Shown here: positions 1 to 9,583 of the stretch, piece after piece
How the letters are laid out: each line of letters opens with the position of its first letter
Numbering within the stretch: the first letter of the stretch is position 1
DNA from: a virus
Strand: one strand, 5' to 3'
Length of the DNA stretch: 40,362 nucleotides
Virus record (IMG/VR): IMGVR_UViG_3300015360_001583
Position numbers and translations under genes: made by a program
The notes under the pieces: generated by a model
Seen by the model: only the letters and a program-made list of their open reading frames with translations
Database searches by the model: none
What the model was told of the DNA's origin: nothing

Positions 1-38
1 AGGCGTGCGTAAGACAGAAGCACTTCTCAGATCTGGGA

Positions 39-635
39 TTGTCGTTGATGGCCGCTGAGATTCAATCTTCTGTAGAGAAGATGCGTAGAGAATCTGCTGA
101 ATCACAACATTTTGGATTCAACAAGATTTCACTGACATCGGCTTCGGTGGTTCTGTCAAAGCAGTGTGGGTACAAATACCATGCTAGAAACCCTGATTCT
201 TTCGATGGAGACAAAATACTGGCAGATTCCGATTCATTCAAATACAGATTTTTCGTAGATCATAAAAACAGTCTGTTTGATGATTCACATTTTGCTGCGT
301 TGGAGTTCTCCCCACGAGTTTACACATACCATGAGCTAGAACCTTATGCGTCCGACAAAACAAGAGATGTCATAGATCATCTGGAAAAATTCCCAGAGGC
401 TCACGGATACCCTCTGTTTGATCACTACAGAGTGTTGGTTCCGGGAGTGAATTACCCAGAACAATCTCAGAGTGTTCCATATAGCATTCGTTTGCCGAAT
501 GGGACTGATTTCAATTGCCCGATGTTGCAGAAAGTGCAAATGAGACTGGACGCAGAGTTGCTGCAACAAAAAGAAATCGTCGGAATCCTTTTGGGGGAGA
601 AAGATGGAGATTGCTATTTCATTAGTTATTTCTAG
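39..635 (+). CDS. hypothetical protein
   Basis: Complete 198-aa ORF at the window start, with no long competing ORF. No recognisable motifs. Confidence 0.4.
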   Translation: MSLMAAEIQSSVEKMRRESAESQHFGFNKISLTSASVVLSKQCGYKYHARNPDSFDGDKILADSDSFKYRFFVDHKNSLFDDSHFAALEFSPRVYTYHELEPYASDKTRDVIDHLEKFPEAHGYPLFDHYRVLVPGVNYPEQSQSVPYSIRLPNGTDFNCPMLQKVQMRLDAELLQQKEIVGILLGEKDGDCYFISYF

Positions 636-642
636 GTAAATT

Positions 643-1044
643 ATGATGCTCCAACTAACTGAAGAAAAACTGAAAGAGTTACTTGCCAAAGCGTATGAGG
701 CCGGGTGGTACGGGGTGCGTGAATTGAACGAATCTTCTGTAGAAGAGATCTATAAGAAGTTTCGTGAGACTGTTCCGCAGATGCCAGTTGTCACGGCAGA
801 ACATCCAGTGTTTACTGGTCGTCCAATCACAATACAAATTCCGCCTCCTCCAGAAGTGCAGATAAATTGGGGCAATGTGCCAGCCAATCCTGTACCACAA
901 CTGGCTCCTAGTTGGGGAAATACGTTTGTTGCAGGATCAAATTGGGGTGGAGGCAATTGGCAAGTGACAGCTTCCGAAAGATTTGGCAATGGACCGACTG
1001 TAATAGAAGGACAAAACCAATCTGAATCGGTGGGGGATGGATGA
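643..1044 (+). CDS. hypothetical protein (Gly/Trp/Pro-rich C-terminus)
   Basis: 133-aa ORF directly following the previous gene. Its stop overlaps the start of the epimerase gene. Confidence 0.4.
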   Translation: MMLQLTEEKLKELLAKAYEAGWYGVRELNESSVEEIYKKFRETVPQMPVVTAEHPVFTGRPITIQIPPPPEVQINWGNVPANPVPQLAPSWGNTFVAGSNWGGGNWQVTASERFGNGPTVIEGQNQSESVGDG

Positions 1045-1901
1045 AATATCTGGTAACAGGCGGTGCAGGATTTATCGGATCTAATCTGGTAGACCGATTG
1101 ATCATTGAAGGACATGAAGTTGTTGTTTATGACACCTTGGTTACTGGATGCAACTTTAATCCTCGTGCTAGGTATTATGAGATACCGGTCGAATCGGTAG
1201 ATCCATCATACCACATCAATGATGGCTTTGATGCCATCTTTCATCTGGCGGCAGAAGCTCGCATTCAGCCAAGCTTCGAGAAACCCATGGTGACACACAG
1301 TTCTAACGTGTCTGGCACAGCCGTCATGTTAGAGTTTGCCAGACAGTGCAAGGCGAAATTCATATTCGCTGGATCGAGTTCTGTGTACCACGACATGTAC
1401 GCCAATCCTTATTCTTTCAGCAAGCAGGTTGGTGAAAGTTACTGCATTCTTTGGAACAAGATCTATAAGGTTCCTGTGGCAATTGCCAGATTCTTTAACG
1501 TATATGGGCCAAGACAACTAGAGAAGGTGGCCCCCAACGCATCTGTGATTGGGATCTTCCTTGACCAGAAGAGACGCAACACCCCATTGACTATCACTGG
1601 AGATGGGAAACAACGCAGAGATTTTACTCATGTTTATGATATCGTGAGTGGTTTGATTGCCATGTCTAAAGAAGACTGGGACGGACACATATTTGATTTG
1701 GGAACTGGAGTAAATCACTCTATTATTGAAGTGGCAGAAATGTTTAAGCACCCAATAGTACATGTTCCAAGTCGTCCCGGAGAAGCTTTGGTGACGAAGG
1801 CTAATCTACATGATACTAAAGCGTTACTTGGATGGAGATCGAGATATACTCTCGAAGACTATATCGCCATAGAAGTGGCAAGATGCAACACAGGTACATA
1901 A
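1041..1901 (+). CDS. NAD-dependent epimerase/dehydratase (SDR family; UDP-sugar 4-epimerase or dTDP-glucose 4,6-dehydratase-like)
   Basis: N-terminal Rossmann motif VTGGAGFIGSNLVDRL. Catalytic YxxxK motif (YSFSK). Conserved FNVYGP segment typical of extended SDR epimerases. Sits in a sugar-modification cluster. Confidence 0.75.
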   Translation: MKYLVTGGAGFIGSNLVDRLIIEGHEVVVYDTLVTGCNFNPRARYYEIPVESVDPSYHINDGFDAIFHLAAEARIQPSFEKPMVTHSSNVSGTAVMLEFARQCKAKFIFAGSSSVYHDMYANPYSFSKQVGESYCILWNKIYKVPVAIARFFNVYGPRQLEKVAPNASVIGIFLDQKRRNTPLTITGDGKQRRDFTHVYDIVSGLIAMSKEDWDGHIFDLGTGVNHSIIEVAEMFKHPIVHVPSRPGEALVTKANLHDTKALLGWRSRYTLEDYIAIEVARCNTGT

Positions 1902-2182
1902 TCAAGAATTCTGGTCAAGAAGATGAGGTGCTCCATTTTGACGATGGAACTTCTGTATGTCTTAAACCAAATGAATTCTATTCCTATGAGGGTGGTGATG
2001 AGATCAAGTTGCCTCAATTGGAACCAAGTCAACGCATGTGGATCTCAAACATAAATTGGGGAGAATTAGAGTCTTCCCAATCAGAAGAAATAACTCTGGT
2101 TGGCAACTCTCGTCACTGGGATGTCAAAATTATAGTTGACGAACCAGTTGTCCCCGGATCATGGAAGAAAGAAGGGTTTTGA
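1883..2182 (+). CDS. hypothetical protein
   Basis: ORF overlapping the 3' end of the epimerase gene. Start chosen at an internal ATG (MQHRY...); no strong RBS. Confidence 0.25.
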   Translation: MQHRYIIKNSGQEDEVLHFDDGTSVCLKPNEFYSYEGGDEIKLPQLEPSQRMWISNINWGELESSQSEEITLVGNSRHWDVKIIVDEPVVPGSWKKEGF

Positions 2183-2805
2183 TGTACACGCACAAGGATG
2201 GAATTGAGTTAAGGAAGTTGCACAAGGGAGACCTGCACTCTCTGCTCAAACTCAAAGAAGAAAGCTGGTGGGGAACTCACAGCACGTTGATCGTGAACAT
2301 TGAAGATCAATTGAAGTGGTACGAGTCTATCTCGAACAGAGAGATGTACATGATCGCAATGGACAAAACACAGCCAATTGGGATTGCCTGTTTCACAGAG
2401 ATTGATTGGTTTGGAAGATCACTGAATATCAGTGGCTCAATTTACAAAGAGTTCAGAAAGATGGATACAGTCAAGGCTGCATTCTCTTGCGGCCTCGACT
2501 TTGCTTTTGAGGTTCTCAACATGCAGAGAGTCGGTGCAGAGGTTCTGGAGACTCACACAGCGGCCCAGCATCTTGAGATTGGACATCTAGGATTCAAAGT
2601 CGAGGGACGCAGACGGAGAGCCGTCTACAAGGCTGGAAGGTATTATGATTCTATCATCATGGGCCTTCTGCGTGAAGAATGGGAGGCTCATGATCGTGTC
2701 AAGAAGTACGAAGGATGTTGCAATGACAACTTCGATCACAACAAGGCTCAGCAGTGCATCGCACGTCTTAACCGAGTGATGGGTGTGGTCCCAGACGCTC
2801 AATAG
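2161..2805 (+). CDS. GNAT family N-acetyltransferase (RimL/Acetyltransf_3-like)
   Basis: C-terminal pattern ...LNMQRVGAEVLETHTAAQHLEIGHLGFKVEGRRRRAVYKAGRYYDSIIMGLLREEW matches the RimL-type GNAT core (coenzyme-A binding segment, GF..EG, ...G.Y.D...LL.EEW). Confidence 0.5.
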   Translation: MEERRVLMYTHKDGIELRKLHKGDLHSLLKLKEESWWGTHSTLIVNIEDQLKWYESISNREMYMIAMDKTQPIGIACFTEIDWFGRSLNISGSIYKEFRKMDTVKAAFSCGLDFAFEVLNMQRVGAEVLETHTAAQHLEIGHLGFKVEGRRRRAVYKAGRYYDSIIMGLLREEWEAHDRVKKYEGCCNDNFDHNKAQQCIARLNRVMGVVPDAQ

Positions 2806-3250
2806 CTTCTTCTGTGGTCAGTCTCACTTCATCAACTTCCATGTACCCATCGAATAATTCACAGTCGATTACGGTTTGGCCGAAATGTCTGTGATAGGTT
2901 CTAATGGTCTCATAGAACCATGGGATAGTCAATGATCTTCCTTCGACAGATCTGACATCTTTACCGCCACGGTCAACCACGACGTTGGCATATTCTGCCG
3001 AAGCAATGTGGCCGCAATCTTCTTTCTCCCAGAACTTTAGAATGTGCTCTACATGATCGCTGATTTCCCGAACATCTAACATGAATTTGGAGAATCGTTC
3101 TGGTAGGAATTGAGGATACCTGAGAGCAGCCATGAGAACCACATGATCAGCATTGATTCTTTCGTATGCAGACAATGTGATCTTCGGTGATATGTTTCCA
3201 AATCCCTTAATCAATACGACTTTGTTTCTCATGATGATTTCCTCGGCCAC
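2768..3250 (-). CDS. hypothetical protein (in glycosylation cluster)
   Basis: 160-aa ORF, same strand as and immediately downstream of the GT2 gene, with a short overlap. No diagnostic motif found. Confidence 0.35.
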   Translation of the reverse strand: MAEEIIMRNKVVLIKGFGNISPKITLSAYERINADHVVLMAALRYPQFLPERFSKFMLDVREISDHVEHILKFWEKEDCGHIASAEYANVVVDRGGKDVRSVEGRSLTIPWFYETIRTYHRHFGQTVIDCELFDGYMEVDEVRLTTEEAIERLGPHPSLG

Positions 3251-4071
3251 TCATCTACTGTTGGTAGCATGTTGTTATTTTCAAAGAACGCTATCATGTC
3301 CTGAGTTGCCCAGAATTCCATGAGGGACATGAATACTTCTGAGTCTTGCTTCTTACCGTAAGAATCCCATAGACTTGTAAGTTTATGATATTGATCTGTA
3401 AGTTTTGACTCAGACAAAGCATTGTACCAGTTTTCCCATCTGGCACAAGATGAATTCCTTCTTGCAAGACACAAATGGCCTTGAGCTTTACGTTCCCATT
3501 GTTCCAAAGATCTAATAGGATAATGGTGCCTGTAGACTTTTGTTGTGTGCCCATAAGACTTGCCCAGCACGCCATGGTTCCCATGTGTGATCTCTATATC
3601 TGGGTCTGGTCTGTGAGCGACTTTGGCTTCTTGCGGTATCGGCAGATGATCAAAATTGAGGTAACGCCTCATGTTCTCCAAGGAAAATGGCTCTGCTGTC
3701 GGAGGGTGCAGATACATTCTTTCACAAGAGACAACACTGTCTGACACGGTTCTTAAACTACTGAATCCGCCCCACAATTCATCTGCATCAAGATGGACGA
3801 TCCAATCTGGATCGAGCTTGCACGCTAATCTGGCCATTCGAGTGACCCACTTTGATTGATTGTGCGTGTCATCCGTTTCGTCGATGATTTCCACAACTTC
3901 TGGGTACTTAGATGCGATTTCTCGTGTGTTATCTGTGGAGTTGTTGTCTGTAAAAATGATTTGCGAGATGCCGTTGGCCAAATGGTGTTCGATCATAGGC
4001 CCTATGATGTCACTTTCATTCTTTGCCAGAATGGTTGCTACGATTTTAAGTCCGGGAGTTATTGTCAGCAT
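3229..4071 (-). CDS. glycosyltransferase family 2 (GT-A fold)
   Basis: N-terminal ILAKNESDII...FTDNNSTDNT...HLDADE matches GT2 signatures: nucleotide-sugar binding and a DxD-like DADE motif. Confidence 0.7.
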   Translation of the reverse strand: MLTITPGLKIVATILAKNESDIIGPMIEHHLANGISQIIFTDNNSTDNTREIASKYPEVVEIIDETDDTHNQSKWVTRMARLACKLDPDWIVHLDADELWGGFSSLRTVSDSVVSCERMYLHPPTAEPFSLENMRRYLNFDHLPIPQEAKVAHRPDPDIEITHGNHGVLGKSYGHTTKVYRHHYPIRSLEQWERKAQGHLCLARRNSSCARWENWYNALSESKLTDQYHKLTSLWDSYGKKQDSEVFMSLMEFWATQDMIAFFENNNMLPTVDEWPRKSS

Positions 4072-4091
4072 AGAACTATCATAATGATGAA

Positions 4092-4862
4092 ATGAAGATA
4101 TTGATATTGTGCTCTTACTACCAGAGACCTAAACTCGTCAGAAATGCACTGTCCAGCATCTTGGCTGCAAATGAATTCCATCAAGATTGGGAATTGGCAT
4201 TTGGGGATGATGGCAGCAAAATTCCCGGTCGTCCAATTGTCGAGGATGTTCTTAAAGATCATTTAGACAAAGTGACATTCGTGCAATCAGGCATGACTCT
4301 GGATGATAAATTGAAAAGCGGATTGATGTTGGGCAAGATGGCAAATGATGCCATTGCAGCGTCGTCTGCTGATTTGGGGCTGGTGCTCTGTGATGATGAT
4401 GAGTTGCATCCTGAGTATCTTAAGAATCTGTCTGCTTTCTTTGAGGCGAATCCAAATGTGTTGTATGCTTACTCAAAGATACATCTCTACAATCCGCTGT
4501 ATCAGAAATCTTCGGATGTCAATAATCTAAATCACAAATACAATCAATGGGTGACTCCCATCAATCCTTCTTGCAGGGTTGACGCCAGTCAGGTTTCTTG
4601 GAGATTGAGTTGTTGTAAACAGATGGAAGCATGGTTTTATGATAGCACAAAGTGCGTTCCTGACAGACCATGGGCAAAGGATACAGATAGAGGGTTTTTT
4701 GAGAACATTTACAGCAAGTGTGGAGATTGTTACCCGACAAATATTGTAGGCCAATACAAAGGGACTCACGATCATCAGTTGTTGTGGCACAAAAACGTAG
4801 GCACAGATCAATTGAGATCTTATGATGAAATGTGTCAAGAACTTGGAGGAATTGAGTTTTGA
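4092..4862 (+). CDS. glycosyltransferase family 2-like
   Basis: ILILCSYYQRP...LAFGDDGS...LVLCDDDE pattern, i.e. GT2-like DDGS and DxD (CDDDE) motifs. Divergently arranged with the neighbouring GT2 gene. Confidence 0.55.
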   Translation: MKILILCSYYQRPKLVRNALSSILAANEFHQDWELAFGDDGSKIPGRPIVEDVLKDHLDKVTFVQSGMTLDDKLKSGLMLGKMANDAIAASSADLGLVLCDDDELHPEYLKNLSAFFEANPNVLYAYSKIHLYNPLYQKSSDVNNLNHKYNQWVTPINPSCRVDASQVSWRLSCCKQMEAWFYDSTKCVPDRPWAKDTDRGFFENIYSKCGDCYPTNIVGQYKGTHDHQLLWHKNVGTDQLRSYDEMCQELGGIEF

Positions 4863-5866
4863 AAGATCCATACGAAGTGTTGGGAGTTAAACGTAGCGAC
4901 GACAAAGAAACGATCCGTAAGGCGTATCGAAAGTTGGCTCGTCAATGGCACCCAGACATGAATCCAGACAAAGTAGACGAAGCTACTGCAAAGTTTAAGG
5001 AAATCACAGGAGCGTTTGATGCTATTGAGAATCCACAAAAACAGCCGGGTGCTCGTCCTTTCACGTCTCCGATGAATGATGTCTTCTCTTCTTTCTTTGG
5101 CGAAGGTGGGCCACAGGTACAAAACGGCGAGCATATCGTCATTGAATGTAGAATTCAAATGGAAGATGTATTGCACGGCGGCAAAAGAGAATTGCAATAC
5201 TTCAGGCATGACATGTGTAAAGAATGTGGCGGTGCTGGCGGCACAGAAGGCATGTGCCCACATTGTAATGGATCTGGTGCGAGAACGATTCATGGATCGC
5301 ACATGACTGTTAGATCGGCTTGTCAGGGATGTGGCGGAAGCGGCAAGATCATCACCAATAAATGCGAACACTGCAATGATGGTATATCTGGCGGAGAAGA
5401 TCGCACTGTTGCATTTGAAATTCCAAAGGGCGTTGAGACAGGTATGAGGTTTGCTTACAGAGGTTTGGGGCAACCATCCAGAAACTCAATGGGTATGCCG
5501 GGGAACTTGTATGTTTCTGTGGTCGTTGAGCCACATGATCATTTCGAGATGATTGGAGATGGCACAATCCTTCATAATGTTGGACTGGATTACACACAAT
5601 TTGTACTTGGTGCAGAGATAGAAGTTCCGACTTTGGAGTCAGTTGTGACGGTAAAGATCCCGCAAGGCACCTTGCCGGGGCAGAAATTCAGGCTCAAGGA
5701 ACTCGGACTGCCAAGATTTAGTAACAGAACTGGCGGCATATATACCAGAGGAGATCAACTGGTTGAAGTCCAGTTGAATATGCCTACCAAACTCGATGAG
5801 AAATACAGAAAAGTCATTGAGGAATTAGCTCAGTTGGAATCTGAGCAAAGGGGAACAAATGGATGA
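4859..5866 (+). CDS. dnaJ: DnaJ/Hsp40 co-chaperone (type I: J-domain + CxxCxGxG zinc-finger repeats + C-terminal substrate-binding domain)
   Basis: J-domain DPYEVLGV...KAYRKLARQWHPDMNPDK with the HPD motif. Four CxxCxGxG-type repeats (CKECGGAG, CPHCNGSG, CQGCGGSG, CEHCNDG). Apparent TTG start 8 nt after a GGAGGA RBS, overlapping the upstream stop. Confidence 0.85.
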   Translation: MKDPYEVLGVKRSDDKETIRKAYRKLARQWHPDMNPDKVDEATAKFKEITGAFDAIENPQKQPGARPFTSPMNDVFSSFFGEGGPQVQNGEHIVIECRIQMEDVLHGGKRELQYFRHDMCKECGGAGGTEGMCPHCNGSGARTIHGSHMTVRSACQGCGGSGKIITNKCEHCNDGISGGEDRTVAFEIPKGVETGMRFAYRGLGQPSRNSMGMPGNLYVSVVVEPHDHFEMIGDGTILHNVGLDYTQFVLGAEIEVPTLESVVTVKIPQGTLPGQKFRLKELGLPRFSNRTGGIYTRGDQLVEVQLNMPTKLDEKYRKVIEELAQLESEQRGTNG

Positions 5867-6173
5867 TCTTAAGAAAAACAAGATGGTTTGGGTCGTCGCT
5901 ATTTTTACAGTGTTGAATATAGTCTTCTTTCTCGGCAGCAAGTTTGTTATTAACAAGACTGCTGATAAAGTGATTGAGAAATTGCAAAAAGAATATTCGC
6001 CAAGTCCTTATGGCCCCGGAATTGATCCAGACAAGATTGATCCCGATGCTTTGAGAAAACAGCGTTTGTACTTTGAACTGCGTCAAAGGGCCGGAGAAGT
6101 GTCTGCAAGGACACAGAATGTTTCTTGGCGAGATGTATGGGAAAGAGATCGTGGGTTTAGTCCCGAACAATAG
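5859..6173 (+). CDS. small membrane protein
   Basis: N-terminal hydrophobic helix WVVAIFTVLNIVFFLGSKFVI. Start overlaps the dnaJ stop. Confidence 0.4.
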   Translation: MDDLKKNKMVWVVAIFTVLNIVFFLGSKFVINKTADKVIEKLQKEYSPSPYGPGIDPDKIDPDALRKQRLYFELRQRAGEVSARTQNVSWRDVWERDRGFSPEQ

Positions 6174-6573
6174 CCTTGTCGATCTTTGACGCCTGCCTCA
6201 TATTGTCTTCTGGATGTCTCTGGAAGATTACTGTCATGGTCTTACCAAGTTCTGGCTTGCCTTCAATTCTTCTGTATTCATCATAGCTGAAATGAGCTTC
6301 TGTGCCATCTGATAATCTGATGTAGATCGGATTTCTTTTGGCAATGATGTTCGTGATTCTTCCTGTTCTTTCAACAGATGGAATAGACAGACTGGCATCA
6401 GGTAGATTCATTGCCTGTCCGACAGTAGGTGAATTTGTGGCGTTACCAGACGTGGCAAATGCTCCGCCGATTTTGCCGTCAATGTAATCGCTGTGATAGA
6501 AACGATCAATCCTTGGTCCTAGATCTGCTAGTCCAATATCTTCTGTAATCAGGAATTCTTTGAATTTACCCAT
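6157..6573 (-). CDS. hypothetical protein
   Basis: 138-aa ORF on the minus strand, convergent with the upstream + genes. Confidence 0.4.
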   Translation of the reverse strand: MGKFKEFLITEDIGLADLGPRIDRFYHSDYIDGKIGGAFATSGNATNSPTVGQAMNLPDASLSIPSVERTGRITNIIAKRNPIYIRLSDGTEAHFSYDEYRRIEGKPELGKTMTVIFQRHPEDNMRQASKIDKAIVRD

Positions 6574-6931
6574 AGCTTACTCTATTTATCACATGACAGA
6601 ACAAAAACATTTCCATTATGAGGGCAACGTCACACTAAATAAGAAACCCCAAGAGGTTGAGGTGTTGGACGTGTGCTTTCTCACTCCTGCTCGTATTGTA
6701 GCTAAAGTTGATGGCCGTGATGTAGAAGTGACTGTTGGTGTAGATATCATCAACAGAAAAGTTTACGAAAACAACACAGAATCGCCTTTAGCCGAGCACA
6801 TTTTCGAGTATCTCGACAAAGTGAACTCTTTGCCAGAAGATTTCTTCCAAGCTTCGGATGAACTTCAAGAACAGGCGGCGGAAGCACAAGACGATCACGA
6901 TTTAGTTAAGGAGAGGATGTCAAATGTCTGA
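6560..6931 (+). CDS. hypothetical protein (acidic C-terminus)
   Basis: 123-aa ORF, divergent from the 6157..6573 gene. Confidence 0.4.
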   Translation: MNLPIAYSIYHMTEQKHFHYEGNVTLNKKPQEVEVLDVCFLTPARIVAKVDGRDVEVTVGVDIINRKVYENNTESPLAEHIFEYLDKVNSLPEDFFQASDELQEQAAEAQDDHDLVKERMSNV

Positions 6932-7256
6932 AGGTAATCAAATCCAAGCACGAATTCTTATTCCGGGTCATCTCAAAGATAAGACAAGAAAAGGTCCAAA
7001 CCGACAACTGACCTTCGGAATTGTTTCTGAATGGATCAAGCTACAAGGTTTTGACGATTATACAACAAACGGGCTGATTGACTTGGCGTCAAATTATCCC
7101 ACAAATGCGTTGCCGAGCTTTCGCAGGAACTTCAACTTGATGATCGCCAGAGTGCGACAGAAAAGACGTGAAGAACAACGTGAGCTTGAAGCACATCCAC
7201 CACAAATAGAAAGCAAAGAAAATGGCCAAGAAGAAACTACCAACCCTGAAGTGTAA
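6924..7256 (+). CDS. hypothetical protein
   Basis: 110-aa ORF whose start overlaps the preceding stop (coupled arrangement). Confidence 0.35.
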   Translation: MSEGNQIQARILIPGHLKDKTRKGPNRQLTFGIVSEWIKLQGFDDYTTNGLIDLASNYPTNALPSFRRNFNLMIARVRQKRREEQRELEAHPPQIESKENGQEETTNPEV

Positions 7257-7593
7257 TGGATACTGTCCGACAGACGGAATTCTACACGCACAGATTCAAT
7301 CGCCAATGGTCGGCCTTCCTGCAAGAATCGCCTTCAATAACAGACATACGCAAAAGATCAGCACTGGTTTGTCAGTCGAAGTTCCGGCTGGTTACAAACT
7401 TTGTATTGGCCTTGTTCCTAATCTTGCCGCCAAAGGCATGGTTCTGGCAAATACTCCGGGCAATTTTACCAATGGTCCAGTAGAGGCCGTCTTGTTGAAC
7501 GCCGGGCGAGAGATTGTTGAAGTCAACAACGGAGATCCAATCGTCACATTCTGGGTCGAAGAGATTGTGGAATTTGGATGGGAGTGCTCATGA
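7222..7593 (+). CDS. dUTPase/dCTP-deaminase-fold protein, divergent (catalytic motifs degenerate)
   Basis: Segment LVPNLAAKGMVLANTPGNFTNGPVEAVLLNAGREIVEVNNGDPIVTFWVEEIV aligns with E. coli Dut [55 protein letters not shown]. However RSG and D-D-Y are replaced. Confidence 0.4.
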   Translation: MAKKKLPTLKCNGYCPTDGILHAQIQSPMVGLPARIAFNNRHTQKISTGLSVEVPAGYKLCIGLVPNLAAKGMVLANTPGNFTNGPVEAVLLNAGREIVEVNNGDPIVTFWVEEIVEFGWECS

Positions 7594-7793
7594 AAATAGC
7601 TGTATTGGTCAGTTTGGCGAGACAAGTCGAAGGCGAATATGTCTTTATGAATGTGCTTAGAGCACACACAGATCCAGACGTTCTAAAGCAACACTTGGCC
7701 GCAACAGATCTGCCAAAAACTGGCACATTTGGTGGCGTTGATTGCGTTATTGAATATGGCGTCTTCAAAGATATTGAAGTCGAGGGAGTGTAA
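7578..7793 (+). CDS. small hypothetical protein
   Basis: 71-aa ORF in an ATGA-type overlap with the upstream gene. Confidence 0.25.
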   Translation: MGVLMKIAVLVSLARQVEGEYVFMNVLRAHTDPDVLKQHLAATDLPKTGTFGGVDCVIEYGVFKDIEVEGV

Positions 7794-8005
7794 TGGAGTT
7801 TTGGATAGATCGTCGCATTCGACGACTGCACTTTGAGCTTTATTGTCATCCAAAAAAAGGAACAGACGACCCTGATTATCTAAGCAAGGTTGATGCTTGG
7901 AAAGAATTGAGATGTCCTAGAAAAACTCTGGAAGAGAAGAAGTTATTTCTTGACAGTATCCTTATCCACCAAATCGACACTGATTCTGGTAATCCCACCA
8001 TCTAG
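7793..8005 (+). CDS. small hypothetical protein
   Basis: 70-aa ORF immediately following the previous one. Confidence 0.25.
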   Translation: MEFWIDRRIRRLHFELYCHPKKGTDDPDYLSKVDAWKELRCPRKTLEEKKLFLDSILIHQIDTDSGNPTI

Positions 8006-8183
8006 CTTTTCCACTCTGATTAAGCTGGCTATTGCCAGAACTTTGTCAATCAGGTCTTTATCGAACAATCTAAAGGCGTCGTAGATGCCTTGAGCTTCAA
8101 CTGTTGTTGCTTCTTTAACTTCGATTTCCATGAGTTTTTCCTCCGCACACTATGTTATCTTATCTATGATTTGGAGACCATAA

Positions 8184-8909
8184 ATGACACAACCACACAA
8201 TCCTTTGGAGTCCGCCTCACCGCCAGAGCTTACAATCAATCTCAATGATGGCAGCAATGAGCAAGTTACCATCGTCGTGATCAATCATGACAAGCCAGAA
8301 TATCTCAACATTTGTCTGCAATCTATTCATGTTTGCAGCCATCTCAACAACTATGAAGTTGTGGTCGTTGACAACAATTCTGGCCCAGAGACTCAAGAAT
8401 ATCTTGATGTTCTTCAAGACGAAGGCATCAAAGTTGTGCGTAACTCCACGAATCGTTACTGGTCAGCAGCTTGCAACCAAGGTGTTTCTATCGCCGACCC
8501 CAACTCTAGTTACTTCATTTTTCTGCACGCTGATACGGTAATTATGAATCCGGCGTGGATCGACGTACTGGTAAACATCTCAGCATCTAAGGGTGCTGGC
8601 ATTGTTGGAACCAGCTTGGCTGAATACTACATCCAGAAGCAAAAGGTGCAGTTCATTCAGGAGTGGTGCATGTTGATGAGCCGACGTTGCTGGAACGACT
8701 GTGGACCTTGGCCAGAAGAACTCCCATTGGTCGGGATGTCATTCATCATGACTTTACGTGCTCAAATGAAGGGACACAAGCCACAGGCTACAGGGAACCA
8801 GATTGCTCATCACTACAAGGCGTTCTCCATGGACCCTAGCGAATATGAGAAGATCAGTGAGAAGGCTATGGCCAGCTTGCCAAAATTGATGCAGCAGATT
8901 CAGTCTTAA
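8184..8909 (+). CDS. glycosyltransferase family 2
   Basis: VTIVVINHDKPEYL...YEVVVVDNNSGPET...IFLHAD matches GT2 N-terminal signatures. GGAG RBS 8 nt upstream. Confidence 0.65.
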   Translation: MTQPHNPLESASPPELTINLNDGSNEQVTIVVINHDKPEYLNICLQSIHVCSHLNNYEVVVVDNNSGPETQEYLDVLQDEGIKVVRNSTNRYWSAACNQGVSIADPNSSYFIFLHADTVIMNPAWIDVLVNISASKGAGIVGTSLAEYYIQKQKVQFIQEWCMLMSRRCWNDCGPWPEELPLVGMSFIMTLRAQMKGHKPQATGNQIAHHYKAFSMDPSEYEKISEKAMASLPKLMQQIQS

Positions 8910-9583
8910 TCGCCGATGTAGGCTTTGATCTTAACAGGCTTCCAGATTTTGAAATCCACAGTGTGAGATTGTCCGCTGTGGATTTTTTGTTGTTCTTCTG
9001 GAGGGGCGGAAAATTTCGTCAGATACGAATATAGACGATGCCACCCTTCTTGCATTTTGAATTTGTCACCATCACGGATCATAATGATTGGTTCGTTGCT
9101 GCCTTCTCCACGTTCTCCAGCTAAAGCTGTTTGCATCTTCATCCTTTCATCATGGTTTTTGACGCCCTTAGAAAGAGATGGTGATGAGCCGAATTGATGG
9201 CTCAAAAATGAGTCAATGGTGTCTTGTGTGAAATTCAGTGGATGGACTTCGACAACTTGTAGTTTCCAGTTGTTTTTGTCAGCGATTGAGGACACTGCAC
9301 CGTCTTTGAACATATCGCTCAAACTACTATAAGTTGGTTTCCTTGGATCATTTTGTTGTTGCGGCGTATAGATCATTGTCTGCTGCAAAGCCTGAAGTTT
9401 CGGATGAACTGGATCTTGTCCAATAGTGTTGCTTTTGGCAACAACAGTATTTCTCCATAATGGTGAAACTCTGTTTTGCAGAACTTGTTTTGCAACGTAC
9501 TTAGGCAAGTTTGGATGGTTCTGTTGGAACTGCCGAGCAAGGCCCTTGTTTATTTCGGTTACTATCCAGTCTTTGAATCTCAT
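8906..9583 (-). CDS. hypothetical protein
   Basis: Minus-strand ORF. Start trimmed to the internal Met (MRFKDW...), which forms an ATGA overlap with the stop of the upstream minus-strand gene. Confidence 0.4.
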   Translation of the reverse strand: MRFKDWIVTEINKGLARQFQQNHPNLPKYVAKQVLQNRVSPLWRNTVVAKSNTIGQDPVHPKLQALQQTMIYTPQQQNDPRKPTYSSLSDMFKDGAVSSIADKNNWKLQVVEVHPLNFTQDTIDSFLSHQFGSSPSLSKGVKNHDERMKMQTALAGERGEGSNEPIIMIRDGDKFKMQEGWHRLYSYLTKFSAPPEEQQKIHSGQSHTVDFKIWKPVKIKAYIGD

